Shown: positions 1-8,515 of the stretch, piece after piece | How the letters are laid out: each line of letters opens with the position of its first letter | How positions within the stretch are numbered: the stretch's first letter is position 1 | DNA from: a virus | Taxonomy: Duplodnaviria; Caudoviricetes | Virus record (IMG/VR): IMGVR_UViG_3300028812_000008 | Span: 1-42,019 of that record | Length of the DNA: 42,019 bases | Strand: one strand, 5' to 3' | Translations under genes and position numbers: made by a program | The notes under the pieces: generated by a model | Seen by the model: only the letters and a program-made list of their open reading frames with translations | Database searches by the model: none | Told to the model about the DNA's origin: nothing

Positions 1-99
1 GATGTCTGGAGTCCCGTCGTCGACCAGGTTCTCGACCGGAAAGGCGGCGAGAGGAGCCAGCATCTTGACGACGAGACTGCGGAATTCTGCTTCGGTCAC
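1..99 (-). CDS. PD-(D/E)XK nuclease (VRR-NUC/resolvase-like), N-terminal fragment truncated by window edge
   Basis: Hand translation from GTG at 99 (GTGA overlap with upstream stop): MTEAEFRSLVVKMLAPLAAFPVENLVDDGTPDI; VEN..GTPD resembles phage VRR-NUC-type nucleases. Confidence 0.55.
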   Translation of the reverse strand, partial: MTEAEFRSLVVKMLAPLAAFPVENLVDDGTPDI

Positions 100-368
100 C
101 GCTTCTCCGATAGTGCGAGCAGGGCAAACCCGACTCGCCGAATCTGGTCTGGCGTCCAGTCGAGCGCGTCGATCGCGGACACGACGACGCGCTCGTTGTC
201 GCTCAGCTTGACGCGGATCGTCTGTCCCATCACGTCGAACCTCGCGAGACCGACGTGCGTCTGGACGGCGCGTCCCTCGGCGATCATCGCCTTGAGGTGA
301 AGCGCCTCCTGCGAGTCGTGCACCTCGTCGACGTCGGCGAGCACCTCGATGGCCTCGAGGCTCTTCAC
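96..368 (-). CDS. hypothetical protein
   Basis: C-terminal part of ORF 96..509; GTG start at 368 overlaps the upstream stop (GTGA). Confidence 0.6.
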   Translation of the reverse strand: MKSLEAIEVLADVDEVHDSQEALHLKAMIAEGRAVQTHVGLARFDVMGQTIRVKLSDNERVVVSAIDALDWTPDQIRRVGFALLALSEKR

Positions 369-661
369 TTGTTCTTGAATCCCGGCAAGAACTGAACGCC
401 GACGGTCGACACGATCGCTGGACGCCAGACGTGACCGCAGAGCTGACACGCGTGAGTGTGATGCGGCTTCGTCTCGAACTCGCCCTCGTCGATGTGAAGC
501 TGACCGCACGACGGACAGAGGAGGCGCATCGGAATCGGCGCCTCGAGCTCGACGATCCTCCGTCTCGCGGCGGCCTCCTTCTCCCAGAGGTCTCGGATCA
601 TCCTCTTGGCGCTGTCCGGCCAGTCGTCTGACTCGCGGTCTCCCTCGTCTGCGTCACTCAT
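365..661 (-). CDS. zinc-finger-like phage protein
   Basis: CPSC...HID...PHHTHACQLC Cys/His cluster; start MSDADE at 661. Confidence 0.65.
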   Translation of the reverse strand: MSDADEGDRESDDWPDSAKRMIRDLWEKEAAARRRIVELEAPIPMRLLCPSCGQLHIDEGEFETKPHHTHACQLCGHVWRPAIVSTVGVQFLPGFKNK

Positions 662-1148
662 CGGCGATGATCCTCTCGAGGCGATCCTTGTAGATGATCT
701 CGTGCTCGACTCCACCCTCGCTGAGGATGATGCGAGCGAACTTCGCGTCCTCGGCCCACTTCCCCTCGGTCTTCGCCGCCGGCGAGACGACGCAGGCGAT
801 GCCCCGCTGGACGATCAGCTTCGCACACTCGGAGCACGGATGCGACGTACAGTAGAGCGTCGTGTACGCCGCGCCGAGGTCGTGCGAGTTGAGGATGGCG
901 TTCGCCTCGGCGTGAACGACGAGCTTGAGCTTCGTCGCCTCGTCGTTGAGTCGCTCCTCGCTGTCCTCGACGCCGCGCGGGAACCCGTTGTAGCCGAGTC
1001 CCATCACGATGCGCGAGTCGTCGACGATGACGGCGCCGACCTTGCGCTCTGGGTCCTTGCTCCAGGACGCGACCTCGAGTGCGATGCGCATCCAGCGAGC
1101 GGTCCACTTGTCCTCCAGCCCACCGGGCGGAGCGTCGTTGCGCGACAT
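654..1148 (-). CDS. dcd: dCMP deaminase
   Basis: SKDP..KVGAVIV, GYNGFPRG, HAEANA and PCSEC zinc-binding motifs. Confidence 0.93.
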   Translation of the reverse strand: MSRNDAPPGGLEDKWTARWMRIALEVASWSKDPERKVGAVIVDDSRIVMGLGYNGFPRGVEDSEERLNDEATKLKLVVHAEANAILNSHDLGAAYTTLYCTSHPCSECAKLIVQRGIACVVSPAAKTEGKWAEDAKFARIILSEGGVEHEIIYKDRLERIIADE

Positions 1149-1987
1149 CACATGAACCTCCCGTATGCGAATCCGTAGAGCTCGTCGGCCGTGGGACCCT
1201 TCTTGACGACGCAGTAGTCGCCGATGGTCTTCACGTGTTCGGGGAAATCCTGTCCAGCGATCCACCTCCAGTAGCCGAGGTCGATCTCGTGACAGGGACG
1301 ACCCTTGTACTTCCCGAAGTTGCAGACGAGCACACCGTCGACGACGATGACGTGATCCGACGGACCGCACCATCGCTTCTGGTCGGGGTCGAACTCCTCC
1401 CAGCTCTTGCCCTCGAGACCGAAGGTGAAGATCTGCGCGATGAGAACCTCGCGCGTCGCGGTCGTGTCGGCCATCGCGCCGTGAGCACCGTCGAATCCCT
1501 TCTGGTCGACGAATCGCTTGTAGGCGTTCGTCAGGTGACGCTGCTCCCTCGGCTCGTTGAGGTCCCACTGTCGCTTCGCGCAGATCAGCGTCGGCCATCG
1601 TGGCGTCGGCACATCGCCCGGTGTGGACTGAGCGAGACGACGGTACTCGCCGGCGATCATCCCTCGGTCGAACCACGGATTGTATCCGATGATCGCTTCG
1701 GCTCCCTGGATGATCGTCGCCAGCTCGAGCGCGACGGTGTCGAAGGTCGGCTGACCCTTCACCATCGTCGCCGGCTTCTCCGTGCCGTCCTTCGCCTTGT
1801 ACGTCGGCTGATCCCACGTGATGCCGTGAACCGCCGACGCGTCCTCGGGGATCGCCTCGCCGGGATCGAGGTACGTGTGAAGCAGCGTGTCGCCGGTCTC
1901 GAAGTCGACGACTGCGATCTCGACGACGCGATGCTGATGCGGCGAGAAGCCGGTGGTCTCGGTGTCCAGTACGATTGCTCTTCTCAC
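1148..1987 (-). CDS. DEDDh 3'-5' exonuclease (DnaQ/exonuclease X-like)
   Basis: LDTETTG (ExoI), YNPWFD (ExoII), HGAMAD (ExoIII), C-terminal FGKYKG; GTG start coupled to upstream stop. Confidence 0.9.
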   Translation of the reverse strand: MRRAIVLDTETTGFSPHQHRVVEIAVVDFETGDTLLHTYLDPGEAIPEDASAVHGITWDQPTYKAKDGTEKPATMVKGQPTFDTVALELATIIQGAEAIIGYNPWFDRGMIAGEYRRLAQSTPGDVPTPRWPTLICAKRQWDLNEPREQRHLTNAYKRFVDQKGFDGAHGAMADTTATREVLIAQIFTFGLEGKSWEEFDPDQKRWCGPSDHVIVVDGVLVCNFGKYKGRPCHEIDLGYWRWIAGQDFPEHVKTIGDYCVVKKGPTADELYGFAYGRFM

Positions 1988-2247
1988 GACACTCCTCTTC
2001 GGTGGCAGCTCTCGCACGACAAGTCGAGCTTGTCGCAGACGCTCGAGATGATTTTCTTGAACTCCGACGGAGGGAAGTTCTCCTTCAGCCGAGCTACGAT
2101 CTTCCTCGCCTCGTCTTCGGCGAGCATCTTCTCGATCTTGGACTCCTCGACCTCGAGGAGCATCCTCTGCTCGCGGATCTCCTTGAGGCGATCTCGAGGA
2201 TCCATCGCTCGTCGCTCGGCTTTGTCGGGAGCCATCCCGTCGCTCAT
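1984..2247 (-). CDS. hypothetical coiled-coil protein
   Basis: 87-aa ORF coupled on both sides, charged helical composition, CESC near C-terminus. Confidence 0.65.
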   Translation of the reverse strand: MSDGMAPDKAERRAMDPRDRLKEIREQRMLLEVEESKIEKMLAEDEARKIVARLKENFPPSEFKKIISSVCDKLDLSCESCHRRGVS

Positions 2248-2513
2248 CGGTTCGGGACCTTCTTGTACTCGTAGCGGTTCTTGATGTGCTCGTTGAAGTA
2301 GGTCCCCATCGACGAGTCGACGACGAACTCCGCGAACACGAGCGCGGTCACGCCGAAGTAGCGATACCGCTTCCCCGGGCCACCGTCGTGCGAGTGGAAG
2401 ACGGCGTCGAGGATTCGCGACTTCGGGTCGTAGTAGACTCGCTCGACCAGCGACGAGTCCGTGACGACGATGTGCTGCTTGTTGCGAAAGTTCGGGCGCT
2501 TCTTCGTTGCCAT
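2244..2513 (-). CDS. KTSC domain protein
   Basis: SS..ERVYYD...L.AVF....RYRYFGV......F....SMGTYFNEHIK pattern; AAGGAG SD before ATG 2513. Confidence 0.8.
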   Translation of the reverse strand: MATKKRPNFRNKQHIVVTDSSLVERVYYDPKSRILDAVFHSHDGGPGKRYRYFGVTALVFAEFVVDSSMGTYFNEHIKNRYEYKKVPNR

Positions 2514-2526
2514 CTGTCTCTCCTTT

Positions 2527-4620
2527 TCATGCTGACGGTGCGACGTACTTCGTGAGCTGACCCCACGAGGGACCGATCTCGAGGTCAACCATCATGGGGA
2601 CGTTGAACTTGACGGTGTCGCGCTGAAGCTCGCTGACGCGTAGAGCGTCCTTGATGTCGTAGAAGCTGAAGTCGAACTCGTCGTGGACGGCGAGGTCCGG
2701 CGTCAGTCCCTCCTCGTCGCAGGCAACGAGCGTCGCCTTCATCTGGTCGGCGGCCGAGCCCTGACCGACGCGGTTGAACGCCTTGTGAAGCTTCCACCAC
2801 TTCCCGTCAGGGCCCCGCATGAAGTGGAGCTTGCGACCGAGGAACGTGACGACGAAGCCCTGACGCTCCGCGGCCTCCATCGCCGAGCGCGTCAGCCCGG
2901 GGATCCAGGGTGCGAACTCCACAAAGCCCTTGATCCTCTCGGCGGACTCGGCCGTCGGCACCTCGCGGTATCCACCCTGACCGTTGTTCCAGCGTTTGTC
3001 GAAGATCGTCTCGGTCTCCCAGCCGAGCTCCCAGCAGAGCTTCGTGTCGCCCATCCCGTAGAGGCGACCGTTGACGTAGTTCTTCACCTCGGTTCGCTTC
3101 TGGACGTGGAACGGGTTCTGCTTGTTGTACTTCTCGCCGAGGGCGATCTCCGTCAGCTTCGCGTGGATGTCGAGGCGAGGGTTGCTGCGATACTCGTCGG
3201 CGAACTCTTTCGCTCCGCGACACTCGCGTCCGCGCGTGATGCGCTCGATGATCTCAGCGTAGTGAACGCCGATGCGCGGCTCCTGCTGAGACCAGTCCGA
3301 GCACCCCCACTGGGCACCTCGGTCGGCGACGAAGATCTGGCGGAACATCTCGCCGAACTCCGGGTCGCGGACCGGCATCTGCTGAACGTTGAAGTTGTCA
3401 GAGCTGAGGCGACCGTAGCGCACTCCCTTGGACTCGTCGGAGTCCTGCTCGCTGGTCGTCTTCAGCTGATTGAACGTACAATGGACGCGCCACTCGTCGC
3501 CGTGGTTGATCGCTGCCTCGCTCACCTGACGACAGAAGTCGCGGAGCTTCGCCCACTTGCGAGCGCGCAGGAGGTTCTTGCCGACCTTGCCGGCTCCGGC
3601 GAGGAAGTCGGCGTCGACGCTGTCCTTCCCTCCGGTCCACCTCTTCGTCTTCTCGCTGACCTTCCGCTCCGTCTTCGGCGGCTCGTATCCGGCCGCTCTC
3701 AGCGCGTGCGCGAGGACCGCGGCCTTCCAGATGTCCTCACGCTTGACCGTGATGCCGCACTCCTGCCGAACCAGAGCGAGATGCTCGTCCTGCTTCTTGA
3801 TCGACAGCGCGACGAGCGCCTGAAGATGCTCGTAGTCGATGCGAACGCCGCGACGTCGCATCTTGACGAGGATCGGCGTGACCTTCTTCTCGATGGCCCA
3901 GATCCGCTCGATCTTCTCCTCGGCGATCTTCGGCTCCTGCCGACGCACGACCTGAAGCGGCCGACGCGCGTCGACCATTCCGTACTGAGCGACGAAGCGG
4001 GCGGGAAGCTTCCACAGTCCCGTCTTCGGGTGCGTCCTCCACACCGCGGCGGCTCTGCTGAGGAGGTCCTCGTCCTTGCCGGGGAGTCCGTAGCGAAGAC
4101 AGAGCTCGTCGAGATTGTACCGATCGTAGAGCTCGTAGATGAGTGGGTCGATGACCTGCGGATCCGTGATGCTCTTCTTCAGAATCGAGTCGTCCTGAAG
4201 ATCTGTCGCGGTCCAGTCAAGGTCGTAGCCGGCTCCGTTCAGGATCAGCTCACCGTTGAACCGCTTGATCTGCTCGCGCATCCAGCCACGAACGTCCCAC
4301 TCGCAGTTGTCTCCGCCGAGATGCTTGATCGGCAGATACCATGAGGGTCCGTCCTCGACGGCGACGGCGTACCCGACGACGTAGTTCTTCGTCGGATCCC
4401 TCCTACAACCAGGCCCGAGCTCACGGAGCTGCTCGTCGCGGGCCTCGACGTCGATGCAGACCCGCTTCGCCTCCCACCAGTCCTTGACGTCGCCTCTGCC
4501 CGGTGTCTTCCAGTCGATCGGACCGAGGGTCGAGATCGCCTCGTACGACGGCTGATAGAACGACTGCTCCTGCATGAAGGAGAAGTGCGGCTTCTGGTCG
4601 CTGAAGTTGGACTTGACCAC
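2527..4620 (-). CDS. polA: family A DNA polymerase with 3'-5' exonuclease domain
   Basis: ExoI IDVE, ExoIII YGMVD, GRLSS.N.N.QQ.P, motif A DWSQQEPR, motif B R...K.......YG, QGSAAD, motif C VHDE. Confidence 0.95.
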   Translation of the reverse strand: MVKSNFSDQKPHFSFMQEQSFYQPSYEAISTLGPIDWKTPGRGDVKDWWEAKRVCIDVEARDEQLRELGPGCRRDPTKNYVVGYAVAVEDGPSWYLPIKHLGGDNCEWDVRGWMREQIKRFNGELILNGAGYDLDWTATDLQDDSILKKSITDPQVIDPLIYELYDRYNLDELCLRYGLPGKDEDLLSRAAAVWRTHPKTGLWKLPARFVAQYGMVDARRPLQVVRRQEPKIAEEKIERIWAIEKKVTPILVKMRRRGVRIDYEHLQALVALSIKKQDEHLALVRQECGITVKREDIWKAAVLAHALRAAGYEPPKTERKVSEKTKRWTGGKDSVDADFLAGAGKVGKNLLRARKWAKLRDFCRQVSEAAINHGDEWRVHCTFNQLKTTSEQDSDESKGVRYGRLSSDNFNVQQMPVRDPEFGEMFRQIFVADRGAQWGCSDWSQQEPRIGVHYAEIIERITRGRECRGAKEFADEYRSNPRLDIHAKLTEIALGEKYNKQNPFHVQKRTEVKNYVNGRLYGMGDTKLCWELGWETETIFDKRWNNGQGGYREVPTAESAERIKGFVEFAPWIPGLTRSAMEAAERQGFVVTFLGRKLHFMRGPDGKWWKLHKAFNRVGQGSAADQMKATLVACDEEGLTPDLAVHDEFDFSFYDIKDALRVSELQRDTVKFNVPMMVDLEIGPSWGQLTKYVAPSA

Positions 4621-4793
4621 TAGCGCGTCTTCCTGTCGATCTTGCGTCGCGCTCGAGCGTACACTCGGCGCACCATCGCCTCACTGATGCCGAGCTGCTC
4701 AGCGATCACGTCGAAGCCGCGCTCCATGGCGCGCAGCGCGACGACCTGACCCTCCCTCGAGGTCAGGTTTACTCTTCGGGTCTCGTCTTTCAC
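4620..4793 (-). CDS. small HTH DNA-binding protein (LuxR/sigma region 4-like)
   Basis: LTSREGQVV....GFDVIAEQLGISEAMVRRVYARARRK; GTG 4793 coupled to stop of upstream small ORF. Confidence 0.7.
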   Translation of the reverse strand: MKDETRRVNLTSREGQVVALRAMERGFDVIAEQLGISEAMVRRVYARARRKIDRKTR

Positions 4794-4945
4794 GGATACT
4801 GAGAGTATCGACACTTCGGTCTGTGACGACCGAGTGGTGGATGATCTAGAAACCCGCCACCCCAGCACGACTCACACCACCAGATCCCGCCGACGTAGAT
4901 CACAGTCGCCATGCACAGAACGACTCTGATGTCGACCTGCTTCAC
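4790..4945 (-). CDS. small Cys-containing hypothetical protein (not in ORF track)
   Basis: Hand translation VKQVDIRVVLCMATVIYVGGIWWCESCWGGG...KCRYSQYP; GTGA overlaps at both ends. Confidence 0.5.
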   Translation of the reverse strand: MKQVDIRVVLCMATVIYVGGIWWCESCWGGGFLDHPPLGRHRPKCRYSQYP

Positions 4946-5463
4946 GGTCTTGGAAGCGAATCGCGATACGCGTCGTGCTCAAGACGCCACGCCTCCCACA
5001 GAACGAGGTAGCGTCGCAGATCGCCGACGTCGTCGAGGATGCCCTCCTCACGCTTGTCTGCGGCGAGCGCGTTCTCGAGTGATCCGTGCTTCGCCACCGA
5101 CTGCTCGTAGCGATCCCACTTGCGACACGCGGCGAAGAACGCTCCCGGACCTCCGCGCTTCTGCCACGAGCCGCCGTACTCCGCGTCCTTGATGCGGAGC
5201 ATGTTCGCGTCACCCTCGGCAGTCGCGCCCGGAATGACGTAGAGCCACGACGCCATCGCCGCGCAGATGGTCCGCAGATCCATCGTGCACTCGAGAACCT
5301 CGTAGTTCTCCTCCTTGGCGCGACGCTCGAGCCAATCCCAGATCCCCTCGATCTGGTTCTGCGCCTCGGCGATCGTTGGCTCGCGGTTCGACTTCTCCTT
5401 CGCCTTCTCGAAGAGGTCGAAGTAGCGCCGAGCGGCCTTCTCTACGTAGTCGATGTAACTCAT
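4942..5463 (-). CDS. nucleotide modification-associated domain protein (Nmad1/DUF1599-like, MazG-type helical fold)
   Basis: KDAEYGGSWQKRGG.GAF....RKWDR...GILDDVGDLRRYLVL pattern; located next to TS homologue and HD hydrolase. Confidence 0.7.
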   Translation of the reverse strand: MSYIDYVEKAARRYFDLFEKAKEKSNREPTIAEAQNQIEGIWDWLERRAKEENYEVLECTMDLRTICAAMASWLYVIPGATAEGDANMLRIKDAEYGGSWQKRGGPGAFFAACRKWDRYEQSVAKHGSLENALAADKREEGILDDVGDLRRYLVLWEAWRLEHDAYRDSLPRP

Positions 5464-5639
5464 GCGACTCCCAGAACGCGGTTGAGGAGATCCTTGACGG
5501 TGATGCGATTCGAGTCGACGATCTCGAAGAGCTTCTGGCGATACTTCACGTCGGTGTTCTTGAGGAGCTTGTTCCTGATCGCCAGGATGAGGAAGTCGAT
5601 CGCCTCGTCTCCACTCGGACGATCGATCGTCTTCCTCAC
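5460..5639 (-). CDS. hypothetical protein (not in ORF track)
   Basis: 59-aa hand translation VRKTIDRPSGDEAIDFLILAIRNKLL...VLGVA, coupled at both ends (GTGA, ATGA). Confidence 0.6.
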   Translation of the reverse strand: MRKTIDRPSGDEAIDFLILAIRNKLLKNTDVKYRQKLFEIVDSNRITVKDLLNRVLGVA

Positions 5640-6172
5640 GCGAAGCTCCTCGGCCCACCGGGCTTACTCATGTAGTGGTCGACAAACTCGAGAACCATGT
5701 CCGGAGCGGGCTGACGACGCAGGTAGCCGAGGCCTCGCTCGCGCACAATCGCGGCGTGAGTGTTGCCGAGCATCATCTGGTCGGTGCAATGCATGACCAG
5801 CTCGAGCACGTCGATCGCCTTGAGCCATCGCTGCTCGTCCTCGGTCAGAACGTGCATCGCGCGCATCGCCGACGGATGGTTGTCGGCCATAACTCCGTAC
5901 TCGACGAACTCGTACATCTTCGCGAAGTCCGGATGAGCCCGACGGACGGGCGCCGGAACGTCGCCGGCGACGCGCTCCGACGAGTCGTGCCAGAGCATCG
6001 ACTTGACGAGATTCATCGACGGGTTCGGGTGAAGGAGCAGGAGCAGCGACACCGCCTGCCCGGAGTGCTCCGCCACGTTCGTGGAGTTGATCTGCGGGAG
6101 CGTGTGCCATCGCTTCGTGTAACCGAGCGACGCGCGCATCGACTCGATCTCCAGCCAGAGCTTCTCACTCAC
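5636..6172 (-). CDS. HD-domain nucleotide phosphohydrolase (YfbR-like)
   Basis: KRWH, NVAEHS, LWHDSSE..GDVPAP, KAIDVLE motifs. Confidence 0.85.
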   Translation of the reverse strand: MSEKLWLEIESMRASLGYTKRWHTLPQINSTNVAEHSGQAVSLLLLLHPNPSMNLVKSMLWHDSSERVAGDVPAPVRRAHPDFAKMYEFVEYGVMADNHPSAMRAMHVLTEDEQRWLKAIDVLELVMHCTDQMMLGNTHAAIVRERGLGYLRRQPAPDMVLEFVDHYMSKPGGPRSFA

Positions 6173-6273
6173 GGAAGCTTCTCCAGGTTGCCGGTGAGCA
6201 TTGCCGCGACGATGATGATCGTGAGACACACCATCGTCACGCAGAACATGATGGGAAACTCGTTGTTCTTCAT
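6169..6273 (-). CDS. small membrane peptide
   Basis: MKNNEFPIMFCVTMVCLTIIIVAAMLTGNLEKLP; single hydrophobic helix; GAGGAG SD; coupled both ends. Confidence 0.6.
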   Translation of the reverse strand: MKNNEFPIMFCVTMVCLTIIIVAAMLTGNLEKLP

Positions 6274-7388
6274 GTCGTCTCCTCGTAGTTGACGCCGTCG
6301 TCTCGCTCGCGCATCCACTTCGCCTGTCGACGCTTGAGCCAGTCCTGGCAGGCGATGCGCCAGTCGCTCGCCTCGCACTTCGAGAGCTGCTCGAGCGCGT
6401 AGTCGAACCGCTCCTCGTCCTGGAGGTCGCGGTACGCGTCGTGCGCGGCGACGATCGGCCACGCGACGTTGCGGAAGAACAGCTCGTCGAACTGATCCCG
6501 ACCACCGGGCGGACGAACGCCGTCGAAGTCGGTGAAGTGATGACACTCGAGGTCCCACTCCTCCATCGTCGTGTTCATGACGAGAGGGTACGGCTCGACC
6601 TGAGCCATGTATCGCTCGTGGTGGTAGGTCCGCGACGGGTCCTGGTCCTTCCACTTCGCGACCGTGCTCTTGAGGACGTCCTCGTAGGCGTGCCAGTTGA
6701 CGCTGATCTGCGTCAGTGTACCGACGGGAACGCCGACGAACGAGGCGACGTACTCCTGAAGCATCGAGAAGTGGACGGCATTCGCTCCGTACGCTCCCCA
6801 GATGACGTCGTTGGAACGGCAGAAGAGCGACATGTCGAGTCGACCGTCGACGCCGACCTGAAACGTCGCGGCGACGTTGCACGCCGAGTCCTTGGTCTGC
6901 GTGTCGCCTGGAGCGCGAAGGTCATACTCGTGGTCCCAGATCTGCAGGACGCAACGTCGGTCGTCCCTGCTCGACTTGAGTCGCGCGATGATGTCGCGAA
7001 GCTGGTCGCGCGGATTGTAGGAGTAGTCGTCGTAGTCGACGCGCTTCAGGTCGCCGCGCGACTGACGCCACCGGAATCCGTAGGCGGCGTTGAAGTGTTG
7101 TCCGTTGTCGCTGAAGCTCTTCATGCGATCGACGTAGCGCGTCAGCGACTTGACGTCGTTCCGTCCGGCCAGCATCCACAGCGACTCGTAGAAGTGGAAG
7201 AACGGATTGGCGTCGCGCCACGGATGAAACATGACACGCTCGCGCGGTCGCTCGTAGACGGTCGTCACCGGAACCGGCGACATCACCACCGGGCCATTGC
7301 GACTGTCGCGTCGCACTCCCTCCTTCTCAAGAAGCTTGAGAGCGAGAGTGAGCGCGTGATGGACGTTGCGAACGTGTAGGACTCTCAC
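6270..7388 (-). CDS. thymidylate synthase homologue, probable dUMP hydroxymethylase
   Basis: SRNG, NPFFH.YE.LWML.GR, AYG.RW, KDSACN (catalytic Cys), RSND..WG.YGAN (Asn in the dU-specificity position). Confidence 0.88.
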   Translation of the reverse strand: MRVLHVRNVHHALTLALKLLEKEGVRRDSRNGPVVMSPVPVTTVYERPRERVMFHPWRDANPFFHFYESLWMLAGRNDVKSLTRYVDRMKSFSDNGQHFNAAYGFRWRQSRGDLKRVDYDDYSYNPRDQLRDIIARLKSSRDDRRCVLQIWDHEYDLRAPGDTQTKDSACNVAATFQVGVDGRLDMSLFCRSNDVIWGAYGANAVHFSMLQEYVASFVGVPVGTLTQISVNWHAYEDVLKSTVAKWKDQDPSRTYHHERYMAQVEPYPLVMNTTMEEWDLECHHFTDFDGVRPPGGRDQFDELFFRNVAWPIVAAHDAYRDLQDEERFDYALEQLSKCEASDWRIACQDWLKRRQAKWMRERDDGVNYEETT

Positions 7389-7663
7389 TTGCGCTTGCTC
7401 CACAACCACTTGACGAACTCAGTGGCGTTGCCGATCACGAAGAAGTAGACGATCGTGAGTCCGGTCACCTTCAGCAGACGGATTGGTTCGACTCGATCGC
7501 CGCTGACGAACAGGCCGAGCGCGACGCCGCTGACGAGTGCGATGCCGAACAGGACAGCCATGAACGCGTCCAGCCGGAGACCAGACCAGCGGAGTCGATA
7601 CCGAAGTCTCTTGACCTCGGCGATCAACTGCTCGACGGTCATGTCGTCGGTGTCGTCACTCAC
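7385..7663 (-). CDS. membrane protein
   Basis: Two hydrophobic segments, 92 aa. Confidence 0.65.
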   Translation of the reverse strand: MSDDTDDMTVEQLIAEVKRLRYRLRWSGLRLDAFMAVLFGIALVSGVALGLFVSGDRVEPIRLLKVTGLTIVYFFVIGNATEFVKWLWSKRK

Positions 7664-8147
7664 CGTAGACCTTCCCGCTCCAGCTCTCGCCGTCGTCGGC
7701 TCGAGTCGCCTCGTAGCGTCGCAGCATCTCCGCTCCGCCGAGCTTGTTGAGCGCGCACGGATAGCAGAGGCCGACGCCGGCCCACCGACATTCCTTGTTC
7801 CCGCACGCGCTCGTCTTGCAGCGACTCCACGAACGCGGCGGAGGCTCGTCGGTCGTCGGGATCTCCTGCTTCGCGTAGAACCAGTCCGGAAGCGGTCGCC
7901 GATTCACCGACGTGGAGAAGATGTAGTCGTAGGTCGTGCGAGTGTCCGACGGAAGCTCCCCTCGCTTCCGCTGGATCCGCTCACCACCTGGCACGACCTC
8001 GAAGATGCACGAGATGTGCACCTCACTCGTCTGGAGCTCGAACTGCGCGAGCTTCCTCGCGACTTCGACTCCCCGATTCGTCCGGATCGTCGTGACCTCC
8101 TGGTCACTGTCCGTACTCACGACTCTCAGCTCGATGTTCTGCGTCAC
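7656..8147 (-). CDS. hypothetical protein with C-terminal Cys cluster
   Basis: 163 aa; CKTSAC....C......CYPC; GGGGG SD-like element upstream. Confidence 0.65.
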   Translation of the reverse strand: MTQNIELRVVSTDSDQEVTTIRTNRGVEVARKLAQFELQTSEVHISCIFEVVPGGERIQRKRGELPSDTRTTYDYIFSTSVNRRPLPDWFYAKQEIPTTDEPPPRSWSRCKTSACGNKECRWAGVGLCYPCALNKLGGAEMLRRYEATRADDGESWSGKVYGE

Positions 8148-8177
8148 TGAGTCCCCCGATTCAGTCGTTGAAGCCCC

Positions 8178-8218
8178 ACACTACCACACAGTAAGGCCCG
8201 TGTGTAGTGGTGACGAGC
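8178..8218 (-). promoter_or_regulatory. candidate promoter of the recurrent phage promoter family
   Basis: TGG-TAGTGT extended -10 and upstream GCTCGTCAC box identical to that at 32959-32967; intergenic; imperfect inverted repeat. Confidence 0.5.
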
Positions 8219-8236
8219 GAAATCTTTGAACTTCGT

Positions 8237-8515
8237 TCAGTCCGACTTCGGCGTCTTGTGCTCCACCGGAGTCTCGACGTCGTCGCGTCTCCAGCAAGTC
8301 GCGTCCTCGCAGATCGGCGCCTCGTGTTGACCGTCACACGGCGAGTGCGCCGACGGAACCTCGAACGTACCGTCGCACGCGTCGCGCAGAGCGTTCCAGA
8401 GTTTCTCCCACAGCATCGATCTCTGCGCCGGCGAGCGAGCGTTGTGCTCGTCGCTCACGGAGAGTCCGTTCGCCCGAAGGACCTCGATCATCCTCTTGCG
8501 ACCAGTCAGCGTCAC
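8237..8515 (-). CDS. hypothetical protein
   Basis: GTG coupled to amidoligase stop; Cys/His-rich C-terminus. Confidence 0.55.
   Translation of the reverse strand: MTLTGRKRMIEVLRANGLSVSDEHNARSPAQRSMLWEKLWNALRDACDGTFEVPSAHSPCDGQHEAPICEDATCWRRDDVETPVEHKTPKSD

Noticed and set aside
4942-6172. Z-genome (2-aminoadenine) DatZ/MazZ module
   Set aside because: No PurZ/adenylosuccinate synthetase homologue in the window; the neighbourhood points to hmU chemistry
6270-7388. dCMP hydroxymethylase or ordinary ThyA
   Set aside because: Specificity residue is Asn rather than Asp, a dCMP deaminase is present, and hmU-DNA kinase and transferase genes are nearby
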